A stretch of 64,000 nucleotides of DNA from the NCBI RefSeq assembly GCF_902713615.1, contig NW_024055443.1, positions 186,001-250,000 of the forward strand, written 5' to 3'. Position 1 is the first letter of the stretch; every line of letters starts with the position of its first letter. The DNA is from Scyliorhinus canicula (Eukaryota). Shown here piece after piece: positions 37,797 to 51,230 of the stretch. Under the pieces are notes generated by a model, which ran no database searches, had not been told where the DNA came from, and saw only the letters and a list, made by a program, of their open reading frames with translations. A program made the translations under genes and the position numbers.

Positions 37797-37878
37797 GACG
37801 AGGTGGCCGAGTGGTTAAGGCGATGGACTGCTAATTCATTGTGCTATGCATGCATGGGTTCGAATTCCACCCTCGTCG
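37797..37878 (+). tRNA. trnS-GCT: tRNA-Ser (GCT), probably pseudogenising
   Basis: 82-nt serine tRNA with long variable arm and TTTTT terminator at 37880-37884; about 5 changes from the recalled vertebrate consensus, including an A.C mismatch and a G.U pair in the T-stem and a G.U in the anticodon stem. Confidence 0.75.
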
Positions 37879-37886
37879 ATTTTTGT

Positions 37887-38185
37887 GGGCAGCACAGTAG
37901 CATGGTGGTTAGCATAAATGCTTCACAGCTCCAGGATCCCAGGTTCGATTCCCGGCTGGGCACTGTCTGTGCGGAGTCTGCACGTCCTCCCTGTGTGTGA
38001 GTGGGTTTCCTCCGGGTGCTCCGATTTCCTCCCACAGTCCAAAGATGTGCGGGTTAGGTGGTTGGCCATGCTAAATTGCCTGTGGTGTCCTAAAAAGTAA
38101 GGTTAAGGTGGGGGGGGGGGTGGATACGTGGGTTTGAGTAGTGTGATCATTGCTCGGCACAACATCAAGGGCCTGTTCTGTGCTG
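37887..38185 (+). mobile_element. HE1-like SINE directly after tRNA-Ser
   Basis: GGGCAGCACAGTAGCATGGTGGTTAGC head, B-box, (GTTCTAT)n tail. Confidence 0.8.
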
Positions 38186-39067
38186 TACTGTTCTATGTTC
38201 TATTATTACTGGACTGGTAATCTGGAGGCCTGAACTATTACTTCAGAGACTCGAGTACAAATTCCATCAGAGCATATTGCAATGATGTGAGCAAAGGGTA
38301 GATATTTTGGAGGTGGTGCAGAGAAGGTTCATTAGGTTAATCTCGGGGGGGGGGGGGGGGGGTGGATACGTGGGTTTGAGTAGTGTGATCATTGCTCGGC
38401 ACAACATCAAGGGCCTGTTCTGTGCTGTACTGTTCTATGTTCTATTATTACTGGACTGGTAATCTGGAGGCCTGAACTATTACTTCAGAGACTCGAGTAC
38501 AAATTCCATCAGAGCATATTGCAATGATGTGAGCAAAGGGTAGATATTTTGGAGATGGTGCAGAGAAGGTTCATTAGGTTAATCTCGGGGGGGGGGGGGG
38601 TGGATACGTGGGTTTGAGTAGTGTGATCATTGCTCGGCACAACATCAAGGGCCTGTTCTGTGCTGTACTGTTCTATGTTCTATTATTATTGGACTGGTAA
38701 TCTGGAGGCCTGAACTATTACTTCAGAGACTCGAGTACAAATTCCATCAGAGCATATTGCAATGATGTGAGCAAAGGGTAGATATTTTGGAGGTGGTGCA
38801 GAGAAGGTTCATTAGGTTAATCTCGGGGGGGGGGGGGGGGGGTGGATACGTGGGTTTGAGTAGTGTGATCATTGCTCGGCACAACATCAAGGGCCTGTTC
38901 TGTGCTGTACTGTTCTATGTTCTATTATTACTGGACTGGTAATCTGGAGGCCTGAACTATTACTTCAGAGACTCGAGTACAAATTCCATCAGAGCATATT
39001 GCAATGATGTGAGCAAAGGGTAGATATTTTGGAGGTGGTGCAGAGAAGGTTCATTAGGTTAATCTCG
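38109..39067 (+). repeat. About 240-bp tandem repeat x4, near-identical, joined at poly-G tracts
   Basis: Units start at about 38109, 38346, 38587 and 38826; only 1-2 substitutions between units. Confidence 0.9.
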
Positions 39068-39606
39068 GGTATGGATGGATTTTCATCGGTAGCTGAAATT
39101 TCACAGCACTGAAAGAGGTTCTTCGGCCCATCGTTACTGCTCCTGTCATCAAATAGAGAAGAACCCGGCCCTGGATAGTCTTGAAACACAGATCTCTCGG
39201 TTTGCAGCGAAAAACGTTGACCAATTGCACCACAGAGACTGGCATGTGGAGAGCGTTAGTAGGGAAGACCTACACACATTGAAGTTTAGAAGAATGAGAG
39301 GCGAACTGACTGAGATATGTAGTATTTTCAAGGAGCTTGACAATGTGGATGCTCGAGGTTGTTTCTGCTTGTGGGTGAGTCTGGGACCGTAGGGCACCAT
39401 CTCAGAGTAAGGTGTCGCTCATTTCAGACGAGGATGGAGCGGAATTTCGTCTCTCAGTGGGGAGTGATTCTATGGTGCAGAGAATTGGAGAGGCCGGGTC
39501 AATAAATATGTCCAAGGCTGAGACAGACAGATTTTTCATCAGTAAGGGAATCAATGGTTATGGGGATAAGGCGGAACAGTGTAGTTTAGGATCTTATCAT
39601 TTATCT

Positions 39607-40235
39607 CAAGAGGGTTGGAATATAAAAGCAGCGATGTGCTACTGAGCCTTTATAAGGCTCAGGTTAGGCCGCATTTGGAGTACTGTGTCCAGTTTTGGGC
39701 CCCACATCTCAGGAAGGACATACTGGCACTGGAGCGTGTCCAGCGGAGATTCACACGGATGATCCCTGGAATGGCGGGTCTAACATATGAGGAACGGCTG
39801 AGGATCCTGGGATTGTATTCATTGGAGTTTAGAAGGTTAAGGGGAGATCTAATAGAAACTTACAAGATAATACATGGCTTAGAAAGGGTGGACGCAAAGA
39901 AACTGTTTCCGTTAGGCGAGGAGACGAGGACCCGTGGGCACAGCCTTAGAATTAGAGGGGGTAAATTCAGAACAGAAATGCGGAGACATTTCTTCAGCCA
40001 GAGAGTGGTGGGCCTGTGGAATTCATTGCCGCGGAGTGCAGTGGAGGCCGGGACGCTAAATGACTTCAAGGCAGAGATAGATAAATTCTTGATGTCGCGA
40101 GGAATTAAGGGCTACGGGGAGAATGCTGGTAGGTGGAGTTGAAATGCCCATCAGCCATGATTGAATGGCGGAGTGGACTCGATGGGCCAAATGGCCTTAC
40201 TTCCACTCCTATGTCTTATGGTCTTATGGTCTTAT
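39607..40235 (+). mobile_element. CR1 LINE 3' end (young, open frame), present only in duplication copy A
   Basis: ORF 39615-40142 LLSLYKAQVRPHLEYCVQFWAPHLRKDILALERVQRRFTRMIPG...; (TCTTATGG)n tail. Confidence 0.92.
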
Positions 40236-42244
40236 CAGATCAGCCACGATCTCATTGAATGGCAGATCATATTCCATGGGCCGATTGGCCACTTTCTCCT
40301 CCTACATCTTATGGTTTGAAAATGAAAATCGTTTATTGTCATGAATAGGCTTCAATGAAGTTACTGTGAAAAGCCCCTAGTCGCCACATTCCGGCGCCTG
40401 TCCGGGGAGGCTGGTACGGGAATCAAACCATGCTGCTGGCTTGCTTGGTCTGCTTTAAAAGCCAGCGATTTAACCCAGTGAGCTAAACCAGCACCTTGTT
40501 TTATGGCAGTTGGGGGCCTTTCAATTGAATGAATTAATAAATCAGAAATAAAACTGTTGCATCATTCATAATACTCATGAAGCTAGCAAAATTTTCCAAA
40601 GCCCAGCAGGTTCACCAATGTCCTTCAGGAGAAGAACTCTTCCCTCCTTCCCCTATCTTTCCTCTATGTGTCTAGTTCAGCAGTGATGTGGTTGACGCTT
40701 AACTATCTCTGATATTGCCGAGCAAGCCAATCAGTTCAAGGGTTGCTGCCACAGAAATCAGATGTGAATTCAACCGTCCGAAGTGAACCTTATCTAAAAG
40801 GTGGTTCACATCCGGCTTCTCAGGATGGACAGTTAATGCTGACTGTGTCAGTGAGGGTCATATTCCGAGAATAAATGTTTAAAACTGTGCAAAGTGCTGC
40901 AGATTGCGGAAATCTAAAACAAAAACAAAAAGAGGCTGCTCAGCAGGCCTGTGGGCATCAGCTGAGAGAGAAGGAGATTCACATTTCAGGTGGATTACCT
41001 CATTGACATAATGCTAAAGAGCAGAGCTGCTTTTCCCAGTATCCTCGACCAATGTCCTTGAACATAAGTCACAGATTAGCTGGTCACTTATCACATTTCC
41101 ATTTGTGGGAGCTTGCTGTGCACAAATTCTCTGCTCCGTTTCCAACATTACAGCAGTAACTAAATTCAGCTAAAATATATCAGTGAGTTTTAAGGGCGTT
41201 GGGGTGACCTGAGGTCGGGTAAAGCGTTTTACAAAAGCAAGCTCTTTCCAAACGTTTACATTTTAAAATGCAGGTTGTAATATGTTGAAAGATCTGAGAT
41301 TAATGTGACTATGGGTCACTCCTCTGCCTGATGTTTTAATATATCTCCTTTAAATCGGTTAATGTTTCAATTAAATTAATATTCAGAGGAATAATAGCCT
41401 GGTTAAAGATGATTTATTAATTGAGGCATCAGAACTTCCAGAATTAATATTGAATTTAAATTTATTTTTTATTTTAATTACATAACATCTGTTCTAATGG
41501 ATGTTTCTATACGTTTCAACCAATTGTCAATATTCTTAAAATAAACCGCTATTTTGAGTTGAACCGAATCAATAAATGACTGTGTTTATCTCGTTTTGTT
41601 GATACGAACACTTCATTGTAACCAGTGAGGTGTTTATGTAAATAAACACAGAAATAGAAGTCCCAGATTAAATTATACACTGACAAAAACACAACAACTA
41701 TTTCCCCACCGACACAGCACAGAAATAAAGGCAAAGACGTAAATAGATCAACGGATTCCAGTAATGATTGTTTTTGACATTTGTTTCTTCATCAGTTATA
41801 TGAGACAAATGTCATCATGATATCCATGTTCAGAATTAGGAAAGTGTCCCTCTGATCTCGAAATATAATGACATGCGAAATGTGTTCATAGAGTTTTCTA
41901 GTTCTCCTGTATCTGATATCTGTCCCTTTTTCCTAACTGGTTCTGTCTCATGTCTCTCCACGATGGGTCATTGCCTTCAATCGGAAACATGAAGTCAACA
42001 TGTGCCGAATATAATCTCTCAGTGCAATCTCACCCATTGGCTTCCAACTAAATGGATCGAATCCAATGAATTGGAATACATAGACGGAGTTTTACTCTAA
42101 AATGTGGTTGGAGCATTCAATTACCTTGCAGTGTTTAATGAGAACTGTGGAGAAACATTTACCCGGTGTCTAACCTGAACTGAACAGGGTGGTGAGGATT
42201 TGATGTGGCAGTGCCGAAGGATCTTTCCCTCTTTCTAACCAGGC

Positions 42245-45200
42245 TAACAGAGTTAGATAGTTTCTTGATTAATAAGGGGATCAGGGGTTACAGCGAGAAG
42301 GCAGGATATGATAGGCTTTTAGAAACATAACAGTCGTGATTGAATGTGGACACACTCGATTGGCCTAATCGTCGAATTCTGCTTCTGTGTCTTATAGTTT
42401 TATGGTAGGAACACCATTTATGGACTATCTTACAAAGACAGGTCCTTGATTGCCATCGCAGATATGGTGGGTGAAGGGCATCTTTCTGTATTATAAACCT
42501 CTAACTCTCCATGACGCCATGCCAAGGTCCAAAACGGTTATTACTCATATGGGGTGGTGATTAATCTAAACTAATCTAATAATATTTTTGTCACAAGTAA
42601 GCTGACATTAGCACTGCAATGAAGTCACTGTGAAAAGATCCCAGTTGCCACATTCCGCCGCCTGTTTGGGTACACAGACGGAGAATTCAGATTGTCCAAA
42701 TTACAGAACTGCACATCTTTCGGGGCTTGTGGGAGGAAACCGGAGCACCCAATGGAAACCCACGCAGACACGGGGAGAACGTGCCGACTCCGCACTGACT
42801 GGGAATCTGGCGCTGTGAAGCAACAGTGCTACTGAGATTGGATATAGTGCAGTGATTACTGATGCAAGGTCTCAACTAGCATAAACCCAGACAGGTTCTA
42901 GTGCAGAAATTACTGATACAAAGGTTGATTGCCCTTAAATGATATAGAGCAGTGATTATTGATTCAGGGTCTGGAATATTATAAACTGAGGCATGGTCTA
43001 TTACAGTCATTTCTGCTGCAGGGTCTGGATTAATATATGTGTGAAGACTTAAGAGGTCAGATGATTAAAAACTTGGTCGACGAGGCAGGTTATTTGGGAT
43101 GATTTTATTAAGCGAATTGAGGTAAATAGGAGTAGGGAATGAATACTAGAGCTTACGGCCGAGACGCATGAAGACATTGCAAAGTGATGGCAGCGTTGTG
43201 GATAGCACAATAGCTTCACAACTCCAGGGTCCCAGGTTCGATTCTGGTTTGGATCACTGTTTGTGCGGAGTCTGCACATTCTCCCCGTGTGTGCATGGGT
43301 TTCCTCCGGGTGCTCAGGTTTCCTCCCACAGTCCAAAGATGTGCAGGTTAGGTGGATTGGCCATGATAAATTGCCCTCAGTGTCCAAAATTGCCCTTAGT
43401 GTTGGGTTGGGTTATTGGGATAGGGGGAGGTGTTGACCTTGGGTGGGGTGCTCTTTCCAAGAGCCGGTGCAGACTCGATGGGCCGAATGGCCTCCTTCTG
43501 CACTGTAAATTCTATGAAACAATTAATTCTGAATATAACTTAACGTCTTGATAAATTACAGTTGCAAAACCAACGAACAATATTTTATATGTACACCTAT
43601 GCGAACGACCAATCCCTTTTTGAAGTGAATTCACTTGATCCTCTTAACCAGATGGGAGTTCTATGATTGGGTGGACATTTATCCTGTGGGTGCCATTCTG
43701 GTGATTCTGTTGGAGCACTGATCTGTCTAACACCGCCAGTATATTAGGCGTTTGGTGAATATAAAACGAGGCAGGAAAAGAATCCTCACCATGAAAACAA
43801 CTTTCTAATGGATAGAGTGTAATACAAGAGTAAATTCATAATTTTGAACAAAACATAGATTTCCATTAACTTTTGGAAATTGCAGTGCAGCGATGTTCAC
43901 ATGTAGACCTGTCCCTCAAGCTCAGTTCATTACTGGGACGGTGGTAAAATATTAAACTCAATATTACCCACATGATAGCAGAGCAAATACACATTTCATA
44001 GAACTACTTATAGGTATGAACAAGAATTAATATAATCTCTAAATCAACAATGATTGTACTCGTATAAATAAGCAAATATATACAATCATTTAGAATATCG
44101 TAACAAGCAACAGGAACATGGTCCGGTATAATATAAACAGAGACTGGTGTGTATTTTTTGAGTAACTGATATTTTATATGGAGCCAGTGGAATTCCCTAT
44201 AACCATTGCCATCATGCCAGAATAAGACCCAAGGCTAGTAAAAGACCAGCCTCTGAAAATTAAATTGACCTATTTAAGACTGGACCCATAGTTTGAACTT
44301 TAGAATCACTGAGCAATATTTCAGAATGTCAAAATACAAACCATGATAGGTTAACACTCTTGCCTCGGTGGAATCACTATCACCTCCCACAACAGATACC
44401 TAAGCATATGATCCAGACCTGTGATCCAATGCAGAAGGAGTGTTTAATGTTCAATTGTTCCATCTTTTAGATGTGATGATATTACAGTCTTCTGGATAGT
44501 CTCGCAATATTATTACAAAATGGGTAATCTGGAGGCCTGAACTAATACTCCAGACACAGGAGTACAAATTCCACCAGGGCATATTGCAATGTTGTGAACA
44601 GTTTTGGTCTCCTTATATAAGGATAGATATTTTGGAGGCAGTCCAGAACAGGTTTGGTTTTGTTAATCTCGAGTATGGAGGGATTTTCAAAGGTAGGTAG
44701 CATTTCACAGCACAGAAAGAGATCTTTCGACCCATCGTTACTCTACCTGTCAGCAAATAAAGAAGAATCCGGCCTTGAATCACAGACCTTGCGGTAAACA
44801 GCCAAACACGCTGACCAATTTCACCATGGAGACTGTGGCCATGATGTGGAGATGTTGGCGTTTGACTGGGGTGAGCACAGTAAGAAGTCTGACAACACCA
44901 AGTTAAAGTCCAACAGGTTTGTTTCAAATCACTAGCTTTCGCTCCCACCTGAGGAGGGAGTTTAGCCTGGTGTTGTAAGACCACAGAAACTGAAATGGGG
45001 AGAGCTTAAGTCGGTTAGGCCTACACGAATTGGAGTTTAGAAGTATGAGAGGCGAGGTTACTGAAATATATAGTATTCTCAGGGGGCTTGACAATGTTGA
45101 TTCCAGAGGTTGTTTCCGCATTTGGGAGAGTCTAGCACCATAGGGCACAATCTCAGAGTAATGTGCCACTCATTTCAGACGAGGATGAAGAGGAATTTCT

Positions 45201-47255
45201 TCTCTCAGAGCGTAGTGCTTCTATAGAATTATTTGCCGTAGAGAGTTCGCCTGGTCAATGGATATGTTCAAGGCTGAGACAAACAGATTTTTCATCAGTA
45301 AGGGAATCAAGGGTTATGGGAATAAAGTGGAAATGTGGAGTCTAGGATTTTACCAGATTTGCCACGATTTCATTGAATGGCAGATCATATTCCATGGGCC
45401 GAATGGCCAAGTTCTGCTCCAAATCTTATGGTTTTATGGCAGCTGTAGACTTTCAATTGAATGACTTAATCAATCAGCCAAAAATTGGCGCGTCATTTAT
45501 AATACTTATGAAGCTATCAAAATTTCAGAAAGCCCAGCAGGTTCACCAGCGTCCTTCAGGAGAAGAAAGCTCCCTTCCTTACTCTGTCTTGCCTATATGT
45601 GACTCTAGTTCAACAATGATGTGATTGCCTATTAACTATCTTTGATATTGCCAAGCAAGCGAGGCAGTTGAAGGGAAGATGCTACAGAAAGTCAAATGTT
45701 AATAAAATCGCTCGAAGTGCATCTCATCAAAAAGGTGGTTCACATTAGGCTTCTCAGGATGGATAGTTAATGCTGACTTTGTCAATGATGGCTGTATGGC
45801 GAGAATCAATCCAAAACTGTGCAAAGTGCTGCAGATTCTGGAAATCTACAACATAAACAACAAAAAAGACTGCTCAGCAGGTTAATGAGTATCAGCAGAG
45901 AGAGGAACAGATTCACATTTCAGGTGGAATACCTCATTGATATAATTCTGAAGAGCAGAGCTGCTTTTCCCAGTATCTTGGACCAATGCCCGTTCTGCAT
46001 CTAAAATCACAGATTAGCTGGTCACTTATCACATCTCAGTTTGTGGGAGCTTGCTGTGCACAAATACCCTGCTCTGTTTTCAACATTAGAGCAGTGACTA
46101 AATTCAGAAAAAATATATCAGTGAGTTTTAAGGGCGTTGGGATGACCTGAGGTCGGGTAGAGCGTTTTACAAAAGCATGCTCTTTCCAAATGTTAACATT
46201 TTTAAATGCAGGTTGTAATATGTTGAAAGTTCTGAGATTGATGTGACGACAGATCATTCATCTGCCTGATGTTTCAAGTTATCTACTTTAAATCGGTTAA
46301 TATTTCAATCAAATTAACATTCAGTGGAAACGTAGCTGGTTAAAGATGATTTATTAATTGAGGCATCAGAACTTTCAGAATGAATACTTAATTTAAAATA
46401 TTTTTTATTTCAATTAAGTAACATCTGTTCTAATGGAAGTTTCTATTCATTTAACCAACTGTCAATATTCTTAAAATAACCCGCTATTTTGAGTTGAAAC
46501 TAATCAATGAGTGATTGTGTTTATCTCCTTTTGCTTACATTGTGACCAGTGAACACAGAAATAGAAGTCCCAGATTAGATTGCGGACTGAGAAAAGCAAA
46601 ACAAATGTTTCCCCACCAACACCGCACAGAAATAGAGCCAAAGATGCAAATAGATCAACGAATTCCAATAGTGTTTGTTTTTCGACATTTTTTTATTCAT
46701 CAGTTATATGAGAAAAATGTCATGATGTTATCCATGTTCATAATTAGGAAATATTCCCTCAAATCTCTAAATATAAGGGCATGCCAAGTATGTTAGTAGA
46801 CTTTTCCTGTATCCTATCTCTCTCTGTGTCTCTCATAGCTAGTTTGATCTCATGCCTCTCCACGAAGGGTCATTGTCTTTAATCGACATGTGGCAAACAC
46901 TAATAACAATTTTACTGTGAAATGCCCCGAGTCGCCATATTCCGGCGCCCATTCCGGTAAGCGAACCCGCGCCGCTGGTCTTGTTCTGCAAACCAGCTGT
47001 CTTGGCCACTGAGCTAAACCAGCCCTCTCAGAGCCCTCTCAGCCGGAACTCAGCCCGTTGGCTTCCAACTAAATGGATCGAATCAAATGTATTGGAATCT
47101 GTCGAGGGAGTTTTACGCAAAAATGTGGTTGGAGCATTAAATTACTTTGGAGTATTTAATGAGAACTGGAGAGACAATTTTCCTCTATAGCTGATCTGGG
47201 CTGCACATGGTTGAGGATTTGATGTGGCAGGGCCGAAGAATCTTTCCTTGCACTT
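42245..47255 (+). repeat. Segmental duplication copy B
   Basis: See copy A; carries its own SINE insertions at about 42576-42830 and 43188-43520. Confidence 0.85.
43188..43520 (+). mobile_element. HE1-like SINE inserted after the duplication
   Basis: Copy A is uninterrupted at the equivalent site (GCAAAGTGA/ACCAAATAATTCTG at about 36070). Confidence 0.85.
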
Positions 47256-48949
47256 AATCAAGCTGCCTGACCTTGGAGCATTTGACTGAACAGTGTCGAG
47301 CAAGCTTTACTTGCATGTAACCTGCACTGAACCTGCCCTGTGAGTGTTTGATATGACTCTGCGCAGGGAGATTTACTCCGTGTCTGAACTGTGCTGGGCC
47401 TGACCTGGGTGAGTTTGATAGGGAAATGCAGAGGTTTCTTTACCCAGTAACTAACCCCACTGTCAACCTGTCTTGGGGATCTCTGAAGGAAGAGTGCAGA
47501 AGAGGTTTTGCCTGGTATCGAACTCTTAGTTTCTAGGCAGTTAATGTGTTTGAGCGAGTTATGTAGAGGGAGTTTAATTACATATCTAAACAATCTGTAG
47601 CTGCTCTGAGAATGTTTGATGGGGACAGCGTGAGGGAGTTTCTCTTTGTCCCCAACCTGTGATGCACCTGTCCTGCGGGTGTTTGAAGGGACAGTCGTCC
47701 CTGTCTCTGTACTGCACCAGGCCGTGACCCCGTCTCTGTTTATTTTATACTACCTTGTACCTGTTTCCGTTTATATTAAATAAGGACCTATTTCTCTTTG
47801 TTCATATTAAACTAGGCCACCAATTAGAGGTCATGTCTTGATCAATAAGGCGTTCAGGAGTTATTGGGAGAAGGCAGGAGAATGGGGATTAGGAACATAT
47901 TGGCCATAATTTAATGGCGCAGCAGTCTCGATGGGTCGAATGGCCTAATTCTGCCCCTATATCGAATGGAGTTATGCACCCAGTTTGTCTCTCTTTACAT
48001 TAACCCAGAACCTGACTCTGTTTCTATTAATATAAACCTGTCTCTGTATTACATTAGATACAGCCTCAGTTCTGCTATGGGCCATATCTCTGTTCATATT
48101 ACATTGGACCCGGCCTCAGTAATTGCTGCGGTAGACCATGCACAATAATTTTGAAAGTGGCTGAGGTGGAAATTGTGAAGATTAAAAAAAACTGAGGGAA
48201 AAGTGAGAGTCTAAAATTCTTCAGCAAGCAATGCTGATCTATGCCCAGATAAACGACATAGTCTGTCTTGTCAGCACCCTAGATGCATCTACATACAAGC
48301 GCAGACCTCCCTGATCTTCTTGCAGCCACTTCAAATTGAACAACTGAAATTCTATTGCCTGGGCCTAGTGCAATAAACTAAGGGAATGGAATAGTTATAA
48401 TTGTGTAACATAAACAACGGACCATTAGATAAATAACTGAGACAGAAGCTAATGTTGCAGCAACATTCATTCTCTTCACAGCAGTCACACAGTAGCTGCA
48501 TTGTGTAACATCGACGGGATGCACTGCAGAAATTCGCCAAGAATTCTTCAACAGCACCTTCCATACCCGAGATCTCCGAGAATCACAAGGGCAACAAGCA
48601 CAAGGGAACACGATACTCTGCATCCTCCTCCAGATACAGCTCTCTGGGGTAGGAATTGGTCTTGGGCACTGGCAACGACGTAATGCTAACTGAAATCTAA
48701 TTCTGTTGACTGCACTGAAAATGAATATCAAATGTTGCATTGCACACACTGTAGACACTATACATCCCGTTTCAGGCTGTTGCCATATACTGATTTCTTG
48801 TCCAAAATATCTATTTATTATATTATCTTTCCATCTCAAAGACATGTGGAATAATGCGCCCACAATTCAAAATAGAGGCATCATCCGGTGCATTAATAAA
48901 AGTGAGCAGGTCTCGGAAAAAATAGGCAGATTCAGGATCAAATATAGAA

Positions 48950-49240
48950 TCCCTACAGAGCAGAACGTCACTCGGCCCATAGCATCTGCCCCGACCTCTG
49001 AAAGAACATCTTCCCCAATCCCCTGCCCTTGCAACATGACCTGCGCATCCCTGGACACTAAGGGGCAATTTAGAATGGCCAATACACCTACCTACATATT
49101 TTTGAATTATGGGAGGAAACAGGAGCATCCGGAGGAAAGCCACTCAGACACAGGGAGAAAGTGCAAACTCCACACCGATCGTCAAGAATTGAACCCTGGA
49201 GCTATGTGGCAGCAGTGCTAACCACTGTGCCACCGTGCCG
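48950..49240 (-). mobile_element. HE1-like SINE, diverged
   Basis: SINE body and tRNA head on the reverse strand. Confidence 0.7.
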
Positions 49241-49659
49241 CCGATTACATAATCAGAGACTGGGTCTAGTGCAATATAAACTGAGTTCTGGTCTAGCGGA
49301 GTGTCCACTGATCCAAATTGAGACATGATCAATGCAGCAATAAGAGGGATATCGTACAGCACAAGAATAATAGGGGCAGGGGCTAGTGTTATGTAAAAGA
49401 GACATGGACAAGTGTAGAATTAACTAAAGCAGCATTGAGTTTATTAGAATCTAACTATTTGTCGAGTAATAACTGAGACCGAACCACGTGATGCAAACAG
49501 AATGTTGTTCCAGTTTACGATGCACAGATAAACGTTCTGATGCTGTAACCATTGTGACGTGTTTCGTGCCAGACTAACCGAGACATAATTCAGTGCAGTT
49601 ATTATTAATGCTTTGTAATATAAGCAGGGTGTGGGCCTGTATATTAACAACTGATATTC

Positions 49660-51230
49660 AGCCGAGTGCAGGGAAACTGAGACAGGACCTGCTGCAATGT
49701 GACAGAGACACGGCGAGTGTAATGTAAACAGAGGCGGGGGGTGAATGTAAGCTGAGAGATATGTTTAAAATGATTTAATGGCATCTTTGTGTCACCAGTA
49801 ACGTCAGCATTTGATGCCAATTCCTGACTGCCCTTGGGAATGTGGTGTTGAACCCGCTTATTGAACCATTGCATTCCATACTGAGTAAGTCCACCCACAG
49901 AGCTGATAGGAAGGAGTTCCAGGATTTTGACCAGTGACAGTAAAGGAACAGAGATATAGTTCCCATCTTCTGCACTGCAAATTCTATGATATGAAGATGG
50001 TGTGAGGCTTGTCGGGGAACTTGCAGGTCCTGCTGTTACAATACGTCTGCCGGGCCTGGTCCCTTGAAATGTCAGAGTTCGTGGGTTTGGAAGGTGGTAT
50101 AGAAGGAGGCAGTTGCTGCAGTCGATCCTTGTATATCGCTCATGCTGCTAGAATTGTACACCCGTGATGCAGGGAGTGAATATTTCAGCTGGTGGATGGG
50201 GTGTTCCTCGAGCCGACTGCTCTGCCCTGGATGGCGTTGAGATTCTCGAGTGTTGCTTGAGGGGCGTACTTCAGACAAATGGAGAATATTCAGTTAAACT
50301 CCTGACTTCTGCCTTCTAGATGATGAGTAGGGGTTGGGAAGTCAGGAAGTGAGTAACTCACTGCAAAATTTCCAGCCACTGACCTGCTCTTGTAGCCACA
50401 TTATTTAAATGGTTCTTCCAGTTCAGTTTTTCATCAATGCTAATGATGGTGGGGGGTACAATCAATGTAGTGTCACTTAAAATCAAGGGGAGTTGGTTAG
50501 CATCTCTATTTTTGGGGTGGTCATTGCCTGACACTTGTCAGCCCAAGCTTGAATGTTGTCCAAGTCTTACTGTAAACGAAGGCAGACTGCTTCAGTATTT
50601 GAGGAACCGAATATGGTGCAGAACATTGGGTAATCATCAACGAACATCCCCACTTCTGACCCTCTGATGAAGGGTGAAGCTGGGGCCGGGGGCACTATGC
50701 TCGGACACAATACGTGACAGGATGCTCCTTGACACTTTTCATGAAGTTGCTGATGATCGAATGCGGACTGATGGGCCAATAATTGGCCGGGTTGCGTTTT
50801 TCCTGCCTTATGTGGACGGGTCATGTTTGGCAATGTTACACATTGTTGGGGACATGCCAGTGCTATACCTGCACTGGAGCAACTTGTCTGGGGCGCAGCC
50901 AGTTCCAGGCCACACATCTTCAGTATTGCTGCTAGAATGTTGCCAGGGATAATGCATTAGCAGCGCCGTCAGCCGTTTCTTGATATCGTGTGGAGTGAAT
51001 CAAATTTGCTGAAGACTGACATCCATGATGATGCAGACCACCGGAGGAGGCCGAGATGGATCATCCTCTCGGCACCTCTGGCAGAAACTTTCAGTCTTGT
51101 TTTTTGCACTGACGTGCTGGGCTCCCACATCATTGAAGAGGGGAATTTTATTGAGGCTCCTATTCCGGCCTTTTGTTTATTTATTCATTACTATTCAGGA
51201 CTGGATGTGGCAAAACTGCAGAGTCAGATC
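49660..51230 (-). mobile_element. Degenerate non-LTR LINE RT relic (CR1/L2 group)
   Basis: FIRGSEVGMFVDDYPMFCTIFGSSNTEAV = decayed RT catalytic (F/Y)ADD region. Confidence 0.7.

Larger units (their letters stand above)
35370..42240 (+). repeat. Old tandem segmental duplication, copy A (copy B about 42245-47255)
   Basis: Collinear similarity by eye, e.g. 36070-36330 vs 43520-43780, 37200-37765 vs 44150-44480, 40520-42230 vs 45520-47255; copies differ by independent insertions. Confidence 0.85.

Noticed and set aside
37887-43520. Additional tRNA genes at SINE heads (GGTTCGATTCC B-boxes)
   Set aside because: tRNA-derived SINE heads with no full cloverleaf
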